Positions 1 through 10,461 of a stretch of 64,000 bases of DNA are shown here, piece by piece. The position numbers were made by a program, and so were the translations under genes. The notes under the pieces were generated by a model. It worked only from the letters and a program-made list of their open reading frames with translations. It was not told where the DNA came from and did not search any database. The stretch is from NCBI GenBank assembly GCA_973895155.1, contig OZ316891.1:15717037-15781036 (forward strand), given 5' to 3'. The DNA is from Marsupella aquatica (taxonomy: Eukaryota; Plantae; Marchantiophyta). Position 1 is the stretch's first letter; each line of letters starts with the position of its first letter.

Positions 1-320
1 CTAGAGTGGCTGCTTCCATCTTGATAGCCTTGGTTCGATCATACCTTAGATACCCACTTATGGTATCATGCCCTGATATCAGCATGCCAACTTCATCAGG
101 CACTCCCCTTGCAGCCATGCGTGTAATAAGACTTGCTCTGCCAGACCGATTACTGAACAACTTTGTAGGCAGACCCACTAACTTCAGCATATTCACAAGC
201 CATGACCCTGCTCTCTCCTTTGACACCTTGTGAACCTTGTTGTACCAAATATTTCCAACCGGATTAGGAATAGCACCCATGAACAAGTCAGGTTTTGTCC
301 CCTCTTCAAGCAGAGGCATG
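1..320 (-). pseudogene. C-terminal part of a Crypton/DUF3504-like tyrosine recombinase (runs off the window start)
   Basis: Manual minus-strand translation gives MPLLEEGTKPDLFMGAIPNPVGNIWYNKVHKV...LFSNRSGRASLITRMAARGVPDEVGMLISGHDTISGYLRYDRT, matching the YR box-II pattern (H/R)xxR...SGH...Y. It joins in frame to ...FVLTLRQYLRHM on the far side of the Gypsy insertion (10462+). Confidence 0.8.
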
Positions 321-776
321 TGTCACACCATTCTAGGTAGTGTTAGAGTGTATTGTACTATCTAGATCCGTATGGTTGGTATGTGTGCTTTATGAGCCGA
401 TAAGGTTCTGTTAGGTTTGTGTGAGAGGGTAGTTCTCTCTTGTGAGGCATCGAAAGGTTATCTTTTGATGTTGAGCCTTGGAGAGGAGAGCTTGGGTGGT
501 GGCTATGGTGGCTGAGAGCTCTCTCTATGTAGCATGGATTCCTTGAGTGCAAGGTGCATTGGCTCGACATATGTGTGTGATCAAATCGGACGGATTGAAT
601 GCATTTTGGTGTTGATCGTGGTTCATTCGGATTGAGATTATTGTGGGTTTTGGACATGTGTGGACATGAGTTCCACTACATTCCATTCTCTTGTGTTTGT
701 GATGTGGCAGTGTGACTATGTCTGGATGTATGTGACAAGCGATGTATGTTGTATAGCAATGTGTATGCGCATGACA
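321..776 (+). repeat. Left LTR
   Basis: TGTCACACC...ATGACA; direct repeat of 10004-10461 with scattered substitutions, many of them TG/CA pairs at former CpG sites. Confidence 0.93.
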
Positions 777-877
777 CATGTGACGTAACTATTGTCTCAA
801 TGTCAGCACAAAATCAGGTTCAAAGCTATGGAATACTTTCTGAAACTGCTCCTCATTGTATCTCTCAATAGTATAGG
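777..877 (+). repeat. Duplicate of the ~100 bp of recombinase sequence flanking the right LTR
   Basis: catgtgacgtaactattgtctcaatg...ctcaatagtatagg matches 10462-10562. Confidence 0.9.
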
Positions 878-909
878 GTTTAAACCCTAAACCCTAAATC
901 CTAAACCCT
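876..909 (+). repeat. Interstitial telomere-type repeats (AAACCCT)n
   Basis: gggtttaaaccctaaaccctaaatcctaaaccct at the junction. Confidence 0.75.
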
Positions 910-1195
910 CCTCCGCAACCTGCAATGTGTTGCCTGGCTGTTTTTTGAAGGAACTTGACTCTTGAAGTTGCAAGATTGTAGGGGTTGTTTGCTGCAAGCT
1001 GGTGTGTGCACATGCGCCATGTTTTGTGAATGGAAGAGCCCCCGAATGTTGCATTTTTTACATCTGATAACTGAACCTCGCATTTTTGTGAAGGAAGTAG
1101 CACCGGAAGTTGCTGCTTTTCCACCCGACGGGTCCGGATCCGAAAGTAGCCATCGTGTGCAGATCCGGATGACCGTCGTGGTCCGCAGATCCAAA

Positions 1196-1420
1196 CCGTT
1201 GCATTTTTTGTGAGGGGAAATGGTGTTTTGTTTAGCTGAATGTTGCCAATCCAAGCCATCTCTCCGGTGTAGCAAAGCGTTGCGAGCATGAAGCGCTCAC
1301 TCTTTGGCTCATCTCGTGGACTGTTGCATTTTGTGAGGGGAAATAGTGTTTTGTTTAGCCAAACATTGCCGATCCGAGCCATCTCTCCGACGTAGCAAAG
1401 CGTTGCGGGCTCACTCTTTG
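1196..1420 (+). repeat. Diverged ~125-bp tandem duplication
   Basis: gttgcatttt..gtgaggggaaat..tgttttgtttagc..ccatctctccg..gtagcaaagcgttgcg occurs at ~1196 and again at ~1321. Confidence 0.75.
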
Positions 1421-2273
1421 GTTCATCTTGGTGTTTCAAGGCAACTCATGGTTATTCAGGATGAGGGGCGGAGCAAGAGCGGGCGGGCCAGCAAGCCAGC
1501 TTGCTGGTACGTGAGGAGAATTTGCAAGTGTTGCAATTTTGAGTGCTAGGTTTGGTGCATAATGACAAGTGAGAGGTCACCCATCCCAAAGCTATTTTCC
1601 CCTCATGCACTTAACTAGCTAGTTCTTATGTGGTGCATTGTACATGCTTCCTTCCACATTGGTGTCCAAGGAATGAGGCCCTAGGGGTTTTATGCACTTC
1701 TGAAATCCATCTAAATACTCCGTTTGAACTTGTTTGCGGTGGATCCTTGGATAATTGACATTGGTTCCTTGAGGCCTATTATGAAGGCCCTACATTGGAC
1801 ATTATGAACATTGTGTGATCGGTTTGTGATCACTCTTGGTATGGAGAGTTGGACCCTCTCCACACACGCTTCTTGTCTATGCGCCATGTTAGTGTTGTGT
1901 GGGCGCTTGATTCCATAGGAGTGATTCGGGTTTGCAAGCGGATATTCTAGTTGTGTTGTGTATTTCTCTCATGGTGATGTTGGAGTGAAGCCCAACACAC
2001 CATGGTGCTTGTGGGCGACAGGGACAGATTGCCCCATTGGGGTTAGCACATAGATTAGATTCATGACTACGGTTTGAGTGTTTGGTCATCACAGATTCTT
2101 CTGGTGCTGCGGGGCCACCCGATGGACGGCAAACCAGTTTCACTCAGAGTGGGGTGAAATTTTGGCCAACGGCATTGGTAATAGTCAGCACTGCAACTTC
2201 AGATAGTGATTCTGGGGAGGACTTTGTGACCAGTTCTCCTCGTTATCAGGTGATTGCACCTTTGTTGTGGGAT

Positions 2274-3460
2274 ATGGAAGAGATGTACGGGGCTACAAAG
2301 GGCCCACGACAATACTCTGGTGCAGTTGGCATGATTGATCTGGATGACTTCATCCAAGAGTTTGATATGTGGTGCAATATGCAGACATTGTTTACCCCTT
2401 TCATGGCATGGAAGGGATTATTTCAGTATTTGGAGGGGCCACCCATGGATGATTACCATAAATTTTTGGAAGACTCATTTGGTTGAGATTGAGGCATGGA
2501 GGCAGCATTGGTCGCCTAATTATATGTCCATCATCTATGGCACTAGTGCGGTTGCCCAACCCATTGCCACAGCTGCTGCTTTTTCTAGCGGCACTAGCCA
2601 GAGTGGCACACCATCCACTAGTATCACTCCAGTAGCATCCACCGCTACTCCTACCGGTGTGATTGTAATAGGGACTGGAGCTACGTCAATATTTAACCTT
2701 GTGGTGGAGTTCTTTGAGGTACTGAAGTAGAACTATCAGGGTGTGAGAACTGATAAGTTGAAGGATCTCCAGGAGTTTTAACGCAAGACTGGAGATAGTC
2801 TACGTGAGGCATACACTCGTATGCGCAGATTGATCACTATCACCAAGGGAGTGACAGAGGCCCAAGCAGTCCAATTTTGGTATGCAATTCTGTACACATA
2901 ATTGCGACGCAGAGTGAGAGATGTCACTTTGCTTAGGGAAGTAGATCCTACATTGGCAGTTGTTTTTGAGCGCATTGAGCTCAATATGGTGAATAAGAAA
3001 GTGGTGACTTCCGGATTTTCCAAGAAAGCACCAAAAGCTGCATCTACACCCACATCACAGCCTATTGCATGCAAGAGCCAGAGGGAGAAGCCCACTACAC
3101 GGGAATCTACCAGTCAGAGACCTGTGCCTTCCTATGTTGGACTTGTGGTGGGGATCATGCATATCAATATTTCCCTGATCATAGAGGGCCAGGCGGGGCC
3201 TCAGCACCTGATAAGCACTAGTGTGATCATTGTGGAGCTCCTAGACACACCAAGGACAGGTGTTTCTCACTCCATTTTGAGTTATAGAGAGGAGAATAAC
3301 ATACACATGATCAGGGAATAGGAGGCAAAGATGGTGGTCGTGGCCGAGGTATGCCACATGTAGGAAGATAGGGAGGTGATGTTGCTCCTACTGTGACCAC
3401 AGATCCTAAGGATGCTAAGATTGCTCAATTGGAGCAACAACTAGCTGCTATGGCTAGTTC
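2274..3460 (+). pseudogene. Gypsy gag (frameshifted) with zinc-knuckle remnants
   Basis: DLDDFIQEFDMWC...FTPFMAWKGLFQYL; CWTCGGDH near 3135 and CDHCGAPRHTKDRC near 3220. Confidence 0.7.
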
Positions 3461-4079
3461 TTAGGTAAGACCTACTTCTAGTGATGGGGCTTCTACATTT
3501 CATGGAGCTTCCACATCTTATGGGCTTGATGGAGACCTTGCCACCATGGGATTCAGGTGTGGCACTGCGCATATTGATGCATCAGCAATTTTGACACATG
3601 GGGCAGCCAAAGCTCTTGAGCCCCAAAGAGCAGTAGTGGAGCTAGATCCACAGAGGGGGAATGCACGTTGTCAGACAAAGATTCCTCAATCTTTGATATT
3701 GTCAAAGATAGTTCAGACTGCCTCGATGAACCCAATTCGGACAAACCCTGGCGTGGGAAGTTGGCAGAATCACATGATGTTGCAGTAGGGATGACAAGTA
3801 CCTTGCTGGGGGCGGCTACCACCATAGTGCACACCCCATTATTTTCAAAAATAAATATGCTGACATTGGGGGTTGGTCTAGTTGATGTGTTTAGACTGGC
3901 AGCCACATTATGCGAGGATACTCCAACTTTGGCTTCTCATGCAAAGGCAGCATGCAGTTCTAGAGAGTAGCAAAGTTGACACTACCTACTGCTACTAGTG
4001 AGACATGGCATGCAGCAGTGGCAAAGTTGATGGATTTTCCAGCACACCCTACTTTTGAGAGGACTAGGTTTAAACCTAG

Positions 4080-4500
4080 CGTTGCATCATTGGATAATCG
4101 GAGTGGTATCTTTTGATTAGTTGGGCCTACTGGAGCAATATACCAACCAAAGATAGTGTTATTGGATATTGGTGCTCAACCCTTGATGTTGGGTAAGTCT
4201 GTAGTACAAGGATTGGGATTGTGTCCAGATGATTTGGAAGACTGCCCCTTTCCTATCCAGACTTCATTGGGGGGACCTACACCCACACAGCACATCACCA
4301 GATGACCACTTGACTTGCGGATTCACGAGGGTCATGCAAAGGATAGCTCCCACATACATGCACGACCTATTTTGACTAAGACAGATTCCTATGATGTGTT
4401 GGTGGGATGTACAGTACTGTACCCGATGGGATTTATTCTTGATTTCTAGGATGAATCAGTTTCATATCGACCTGATTGGCAATCAGGAGATGCTAGATTG
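4080..4500 (+). pseudogene. Gypsy aspartic protease
   Basis: VLLDIGAQPLMLGK (degenerate D-S/T-G active site) near 4157 and SYDVLVG near 4387. Confidence 0.7.
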
Positions 4501-4859
4501 AGAAGATTGCTAGTGCGATTTAGTGGACGTGTGGGAGGCCCTAGACCTGTACCATTGTCTTGGTAGCATTTGTGGTGTGATCACTGATCCTAATGACTTG
4601 ATTGAGGGTAATGCACATGCAACAGGTGTTCCAATAGTGGAGGAGTCACATGAGGAGTAGGTCATGCATGGGTTACCTGTTGGTAGTGTTGTGCCACCAG
4701 AATGGGGCACTAGCCAGGCCTTGCCATAGACAATAGCACGATTGGTACATGATGCATGGCGTCAAGCTTTTACACCACAGCTAAGAGCAGAGCAGTCTAC
4801 TGTAGGTGGGCCGGTGACTCTTTCACGATTGGATACCACTCCCATTGCATGGCAGTATC

Positions 4860-5810
4860 CACCAAAGGGTATTTGTTTGTTGGGATTAGCATTGGATTGG
4901 CTGTTGTTCTTCAGGCATGAATCCCAATGCGTCGTTACTTGTATGATTGTGCAGATAGATGAGACAGCATAGAGGGTCTCATTGCGCCATGTAGCTATGT
5001 TGGTGGATTGTTATTCACAGTTATTACCAGTGGATGTTGTTTGTGGCTATCAGCATGCATTGCCTGCTGATATTTCATTGTTGGGGGTGGATCATTTGGA
5101 TCGTGTTGGCCCCATTGATTTGGTGATTGTTGGTTGGCCATGTCAGGGCCAATCTAGAGCTGGAGTTGGATATGGACTTCATGATCCATGATTTGCATTA
5201 TTTTGGGAGATGTTATGGGTGTTGCGTCATCTCCAGTTGCATTAGACACAATCTCCAGCCTACAATATTGGAGAATGTGCCACTTTTGGGTGATCATCGT
5301 TAGCGGATTGTTGCCAGTATTCATCAGGTGAGGTCTTGGATTGGACATGCTGTGTTATTGGATGCTGCACGTGTGGGTTCTCGTGCACATCGTCCACGCT
5401 TGTGGTGGACTAATTTGTTACCAGGTGAGGTGTTGAAGCGAGCATTTGACAACATTCCTCGCTCGCCAATCTTGGTAGCGGATGAGATTTTGGATCCAGG
5501 TTGTCGTTCATAGGGTGTGACCCAGCTTGACGGATCTCCATTGGCCATAGTCAATGTGGTTGGGAGTCCACGTTGTGCATTGCCCACTTTTGTGAGTCAT
5601 TCTGCTTCATATGCTTTCAATGCATATGGTCCTGGACTTGTGTGGGATACGGCTCTACGACAGTTAGTAGAGCCCACTACTGATGAGAGAGAGCGGGCCA
5701 TGAGGTTCTCCACAGCTACAACTATTGTTGCATCTATGTTAGAGAGTTCACGTCGCCAGGTCCTTGGCCAAGCCATGGATTTGAATTGTTTGACTTGGAT
5801 TGTCAGCTTG
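4860..5810 (+). pseudogene. C5-cytosine DNA methyltransferase domain (DNMT3/DRM-like) inside pol
   Basis: Motif IV GPIDLVIVGWPCQGQSRAG (~5108-5164), motif VI LENVPLLG (~5268), motif VIII DAARVGSRAHRPRLWWTNL (~5361-5417), motif IX/X-like ERERAM and RRQVLGQAMDLNCL (~5684-5790). Motif I region (~4865-4900) appears partly deleted. Confidence 0.88.
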
Positions 5811-6149
5811 GGAGTAGTAGAGCAGTTCCGAATGCGCTCTGCTGGTGTTACAGATCATCCATTGGTGAGCTTGCAGCCTACTGAGACAATAGTGGCCACA
5901 GTTGGGGGCGCGCAGACAATCCATGGACCTATGGCAGGATTGGCCAAAGCTGGATAGATTGTTGAGAAGGAAGGGACTGCTCAAACTATTGCTAAATAGC
6001 AATCATTGGCTATCTCTACTACCCTACAAAATGATATTAGGGATTTGATGGAGAGTTGGGAGCCACAAATTGGTCATAAGTTGACAGGGGAGGAGAGACG
6101 TCGCATGCATCGATTCCTAAAAAGTTACTAGAATTGTTTTGCATTTAGC

Positions 6150-8500
6150 ATGAAGGATTTGGGGACATTGAAGGGCCCTGGTATTCAGATTGAATTGGCT
6201 AGTGATGCGCCAATCTTTCGTAGACCATACCGTTACAGTGACATGGAGAGAGCTTTGATTTGGAGCAAAACTCAAGATTTGTTGGAGGCTAGTTTGGTGA
6301 AGATCTCATACGGGGAGTATGCATCTGTCACAGTGATGCCAACCAAGAAAGATGTGCATGGTAATTACACGGATAGGCGCATGTGTGGTGATTACCGACC
6401 TATTAATAGTCAGAAAAAATCTAATCGATATGCCATGCCCACACCTGAGGAGATCTTTGATGTTGTGGGGCATGCAAAGGTTTTTAGTTCATTGGATCTG
6501 AGGGCAGGGTACCATCAGCTTCCAATCAGACATTCTGACAGGTCCAAAACAACATTCTAGGGAATTGGTAATGGTAATGGTAATGGTAATGTATTATAAG
6601 CTCCGGGACCATGAAAGTCAAAGGAGCTGCCACAAAAAGTAAAGTACAATGCAATCAAAGAAAAGAGCAACCAAAAGAGATTGCTCAGAAGAGGACAACT
6701 ATGTCCTCAAAGAAACTATGGACCTAGAGAGCCCTATGGACCTAGAGAGCCCTGAAAGATTTTCCAAACCTATTCTCCTTTCCCTATCCACCGCAAAGAT
6801 ATATCTTCCAAGTTGTTGAGGGGGCAGACCAAACAATGCATACAAATCTTTCACCAAGATTTGAGATGCCATCCTAACCCCCTCATAAAACTTGCAAGCA
6901 ATGAATACATGATATTCATTCTCTATACTAGAGCTATCACATAGTTGACAAACCCTCTTTTTCCTGTCAATATCCTTCCATCTCCCTTGTTCTACTTCAA
7001 GGTGGTGTGAGCTTAGTCTATACTGAGCAATAAGTTGTCTAAGTTGTACTGAGATAGTGCTAGATAAGTATTCTTGTTCTCGATATTTCTTCATGGGGTT
7101 CACATCTCTCATGTAGTATTGTTGCCGTGGGCTAGGTTCATGCCAAAGTTTGTGCAAAGCCTTTTGCTCAAGTTTTGCTCTTAGCTTGGTTGGGTGTGTT
7201 GGCCATTCATGTTCAGGAAAATCCCAAGCATGGGCCCACCTGCACACATCTGCATACCACCCTTTAGCTGAAGATGAGCGCAAGGCATGAAAAGGAAATC
7301 TGTTTTCCTCCAACTCTCTTACACGCATGATGTATTTGAGTGTGTGGAAGAGTGCCTCCACCTCCAAAGGAAACAAGCCTGCCTCTGCAAGTGTAAGTGC
7401 ATATGGGGTTTGTGACTTGATCCCAAGCTCCATCTCAAGAAATAGCTTTTGCAGCCCCTCAATCTGTTGCCACCCAGATTTAGACACACCTGCTCCCCAA
7501 ATTGGTGCTCCATAAAGAATGACTGGTTTCACCAAAGCTCCAAAGAGATGTTTCCTTAACCTCCAAGTGTGTAGACCAGCTCTTTTGCAAGCAATTGATT
7601 TGCATGGCAACTGAAGGATCGTGTGTATTAGTGATTGTTCTTACCATTTGGGTTGAAAAATGTACCAACTGAATTCCAGAGAGTCATGGATCAAATTCTT
7701 GTAGGTTTGGATTTTATTAGATGTTACATTGATGATATTTTGGTCTTTTCTTCCACTGTGGGAGAACATAAGCAGCACTTGCAGATTGTATTGGAGAGAT
7801 TGAGAGAACATGGGTTGAAACTCCACCCTAGCAAGTGTAAGTTCTTTCAAGACCAGATTGAGTATTTGGGTCACACTATCTACCCAGGGGGATTGGGTGT
7901 GCAACAGGATAAGGTGGAGGCCATTACAAAAATTTCTTGTCCTACTAATGTGAGTAGAGTGCGTGCATTCTTGGGATTGGCGAGCTACTACAGGAGGTAC
8001 GTTAAAGGATTTAGCCAGCTTGCTAAACTTTTAACCGTACTCACTAAGTTGGATCAGGAGTGGATTTGGGGTGATGACCAGGAGCATGCCTTTCAGGAGT
8101 TGAAAGAAAGATTGGCATCATCCCCTATTTTGAGAAGACCCATTTCAGGGAGACCATTCCAGCTACACGTGGAGTAGGACTTGAGTGCTGACTCAGAAGG
8201 ATGATGAGGGGAATGAGTTTGTTGTTGGCTTATGCTAGTAGATCAAACAATTCAGCAAAGGCTAAGTATAGCTCTTATGAGGGAGAGTGTTTGGCAGCAG
8301 TGTGGGCTATTGCACACTTTTGTTGCTACTTGTTTGGTAACACCTTCACCTTGATCACTGATCATCAGCCTCTCAAGTGGTTAATGGAGTCTGACAAGCT
8401 TACAAGGAAGCTTGCACGATGGGCATTGTTGTTACAGGAGTATGATTTCTAGGTTGTGCATAGGCCTGGAAAAGTGAACTTGGATGCAGATGGATTGAGC
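6150..8500 (+). pseudogene. Gypsy reverse transcriptase and RNase H, split by a LINE insertion
   Basis: RMCGDYRPIN, FSSLDLRAGYHQL, LPFGLKN, YIDDILVFS, AYASR...YSSYEGECLAAVWAI, TDHQPLKWL. Confidence 0.93.
6568..7589 (-). mobile_element. 5'-truncated LINE (RTEX/L2-like family, copy 1) inserted in the Gypsy RT
   Basis: Near-identical to the 3' end of 46454-49962, (CATTAC)n tail, TSD AATTG (6563-6567 / 7593-7597). Confidence 0.93.
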
Positions 8501-8689
8501 CGCAATCCATGTACCAGTCAAGAGGATGAGACTGGATCCAGATGACATATTGAGTCAAATAAGGAGATGGTGCCAGGATGGCATGCATTTGCCTTCCTTT
8601 GTTGGGTTCCAGCACACAGTGGATCTGTGGACTCTACTTCATTGGATGAAGTAGATGATGAGTCTACAAATATGGATGTTGGTGAGGTT

Positions 8690-9530
8690 GTGGTTGGACA
8701 ACAGGATATTCACAATGATGAAATAGTGTTGGAATACTTGCGCACTGGTTCTATTGGTGGCAGTGTTGATGCCAAGGAGCGTGACGGGGTTTTGCAAAGA
8801 GCCAAGAGGTTTCAATGGGAAGGAAACCATCTTTTGAGAGTACTACGTGATGGTAAGGTATTGGTGGTACCAAAACCATCACAACAAGTACATTTGGTGC
8901 GACATGCGCACGAGGAGTTGGGTCACTTTGGTGTGAAACGACTTACAGTTTGCTGTCTAGACACAGTATTGGTGGCGTGGTATGCACACTCATGTCCAGC
9001 AACTGATAGCTAAGTGTGTGGTTTATGATTGAGTGAGGGCATCATTTAATGCTCCCACTCCCCAGTTGCATCCATTGCCGATCATGGGTTTGGGGTACAG
9101 ATGGAGTTTGGACTTTGCAATATCATGATTTGCAAAGTCCAACTCCATTTGTACCCCAAACCCATGATCAAGGGTTTGTTTGGAGAGGGCAAGGATTTTT
9201 GAGAGAGTCATGCCCATGGTCTTTGACAACCTTGTTATTGCCCAACATCATGATACTTTGCGGTATGCCACTATTCGTGGAGGGGTTATCGTGCAAGGAT
9301 TTGACAATTTCATCCATGTGATTATGTTTATTTGCAGCAGACAGCATCAACGACACTTGATGTGACCGCAGATCGGACCATTTTGCGTGTGCATGAAGTG
9401 TTGCCTTCTAGTATCCTGATGTTGGAGGGATGTGATGGTATGATTGGTTTGAGAGGATCATGTGCACAACTGTGCACCATGTCATCTTTCAAACATTGAT
9501 GGTATAGTGGATCCAAGCTTAGCACATGTT
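8690..9530 (+). pseudogene. Gypsy integrase, catalytic core largely deleted
   Basis: HAHEELGHFG zinc-binding region; LHPLPIMGLGYRWSLDFA, then a jump to ERARIFERVMPM (post-core region). Confidence 0.8.
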
Positions 9531-9545
9531 TGTGCTGACTTGAAG

Positions 9546-9686
9546 TGTATGTTGTGTGGATCTGCTTAGGGAGCAGCTACTATGTTGATTTGTGATAAGT
9601 GTTCTAGAGGATGACACATGTCGTGTTTAACACCACCATTGCAGGTGATTCCTAGTGGATCATGGTTGTGTCCTCAATGTCGGTGA
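9546..9686 (+). pseudogene. PHD finger at the pol C-terminus
   Basis: CMLCGSA*GAATMLICDKCSRG*HMSCLTPPLQVIPSGSWLCPQCR* has canonical C4HC3 spacing with two premature stops. Confidence 0.9.
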
Positions 9687-9864
9687 AGCCAACTAGTTAT
9701 CAATATATTGTGTTCTCTTGGAAGATATGGATTGCAGGTAGGTGATCGATGGGGCTCACTTGCACTCGGCCTCTTGATCTTCACACCTGACCAGGTGTAT
9801 ATCACCCTTGTAGAAGTCATGGCTAGCTAGAGTTAGGGGACCTTACTCCCAGCTAGGGGGGCGA

Positions 9865-10001
9865 TTATGGATTTTGGACGTGTGTGGACATGAGTTCCAC
9901 TTGTATTCCATTCTCTTGTGTTTGTGATATGGCAGTGTGACTATGTCTGGATGTATGTGACAAACGATGCATGTTGTGTAGCGATGTGTATGCGCACGAC
10001 A
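9865..10001 (+). repeat. Partial third LTR copy (3' ~135 bp) directly after the PPT
   Basis: Follows aggggggcga (9855-9864), matches the LTR 3' part ending gcgcacgaca, and is separated from the full LTR by 'ac'. Confidence 0.85.
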
Positions 10002-10003
10002 AC

Positions 10004-10461
10004 TGTCACAACATTCTAGGTAGTGTTAGAGTGTATTGTACTATCTAGATCCGTATGTTTGGTATGCATGCTATATGAGCCGATAAGGTTATGTTAGGTT
10101 TGTGTGAGAGGGTAGTTCTCTCTTGTGAGGCATCGAAAGGTTATCTTTTGATGTTGAGCCTTGGAGAGGAGAGCTCGGGTGGTGGCTATGGTGGCTATGA
10201 GCTCTCTCTATGTAGTGTGGATTCCTTGAGTGCAAGGTGTGTTGGCTCGACATATGTGTGTGATGGGATCGGACAGGATTGAGTGCATTTTGGCGTTGAT
10301 CGTGGTTCATTCGGATTGAGATTATTGTGGGTTTTGGACATGTGTGGACATGAGTTCCACTTGTATCCCATTCTCTTGTGTTTGTGATGTGGCAGTGTGA
10401 CTATGTCTGGATGTATGTGACAAGCAATGTATGTTGTGCAGCGATGTGTATGCGCACGACA
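10004..10461 (+). repeat. Right LTR
   Basis: TGTCACAAC...CACGACA followed by TSD CATG. Confidence 0.93.

Larger units (their letters stand above)
321..10461 (+). mobile_element. Decayed Ty3/Gypsy LTR retrotransposon: gag-PR-DNMT-RT-RH-IN-PHD
   Basis: TG...CA LTRs at 321-776 and 10004-10461, 4-bp TSD CATG (317-320 / 10462-10465), domain order PR-RT-RH-IN, PPT at 9855-9864, many stops and frameshifts. Confidence 0.92.

Noticed and set aside
2100-2190. Primer-binding site for the Gypsy element
   Set aside because: TGG-starting candidates exist, but none is adjacent to an LTR end or clearly matches a tRNA 3' end that I can verify.
4860-5810. Host DNMT3/DRM gene or bacterial restriction-modification methylase
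   Set aside because: Collinear with pol, no evident introns, decayed like the rest of the element, and bounded by LTRs.
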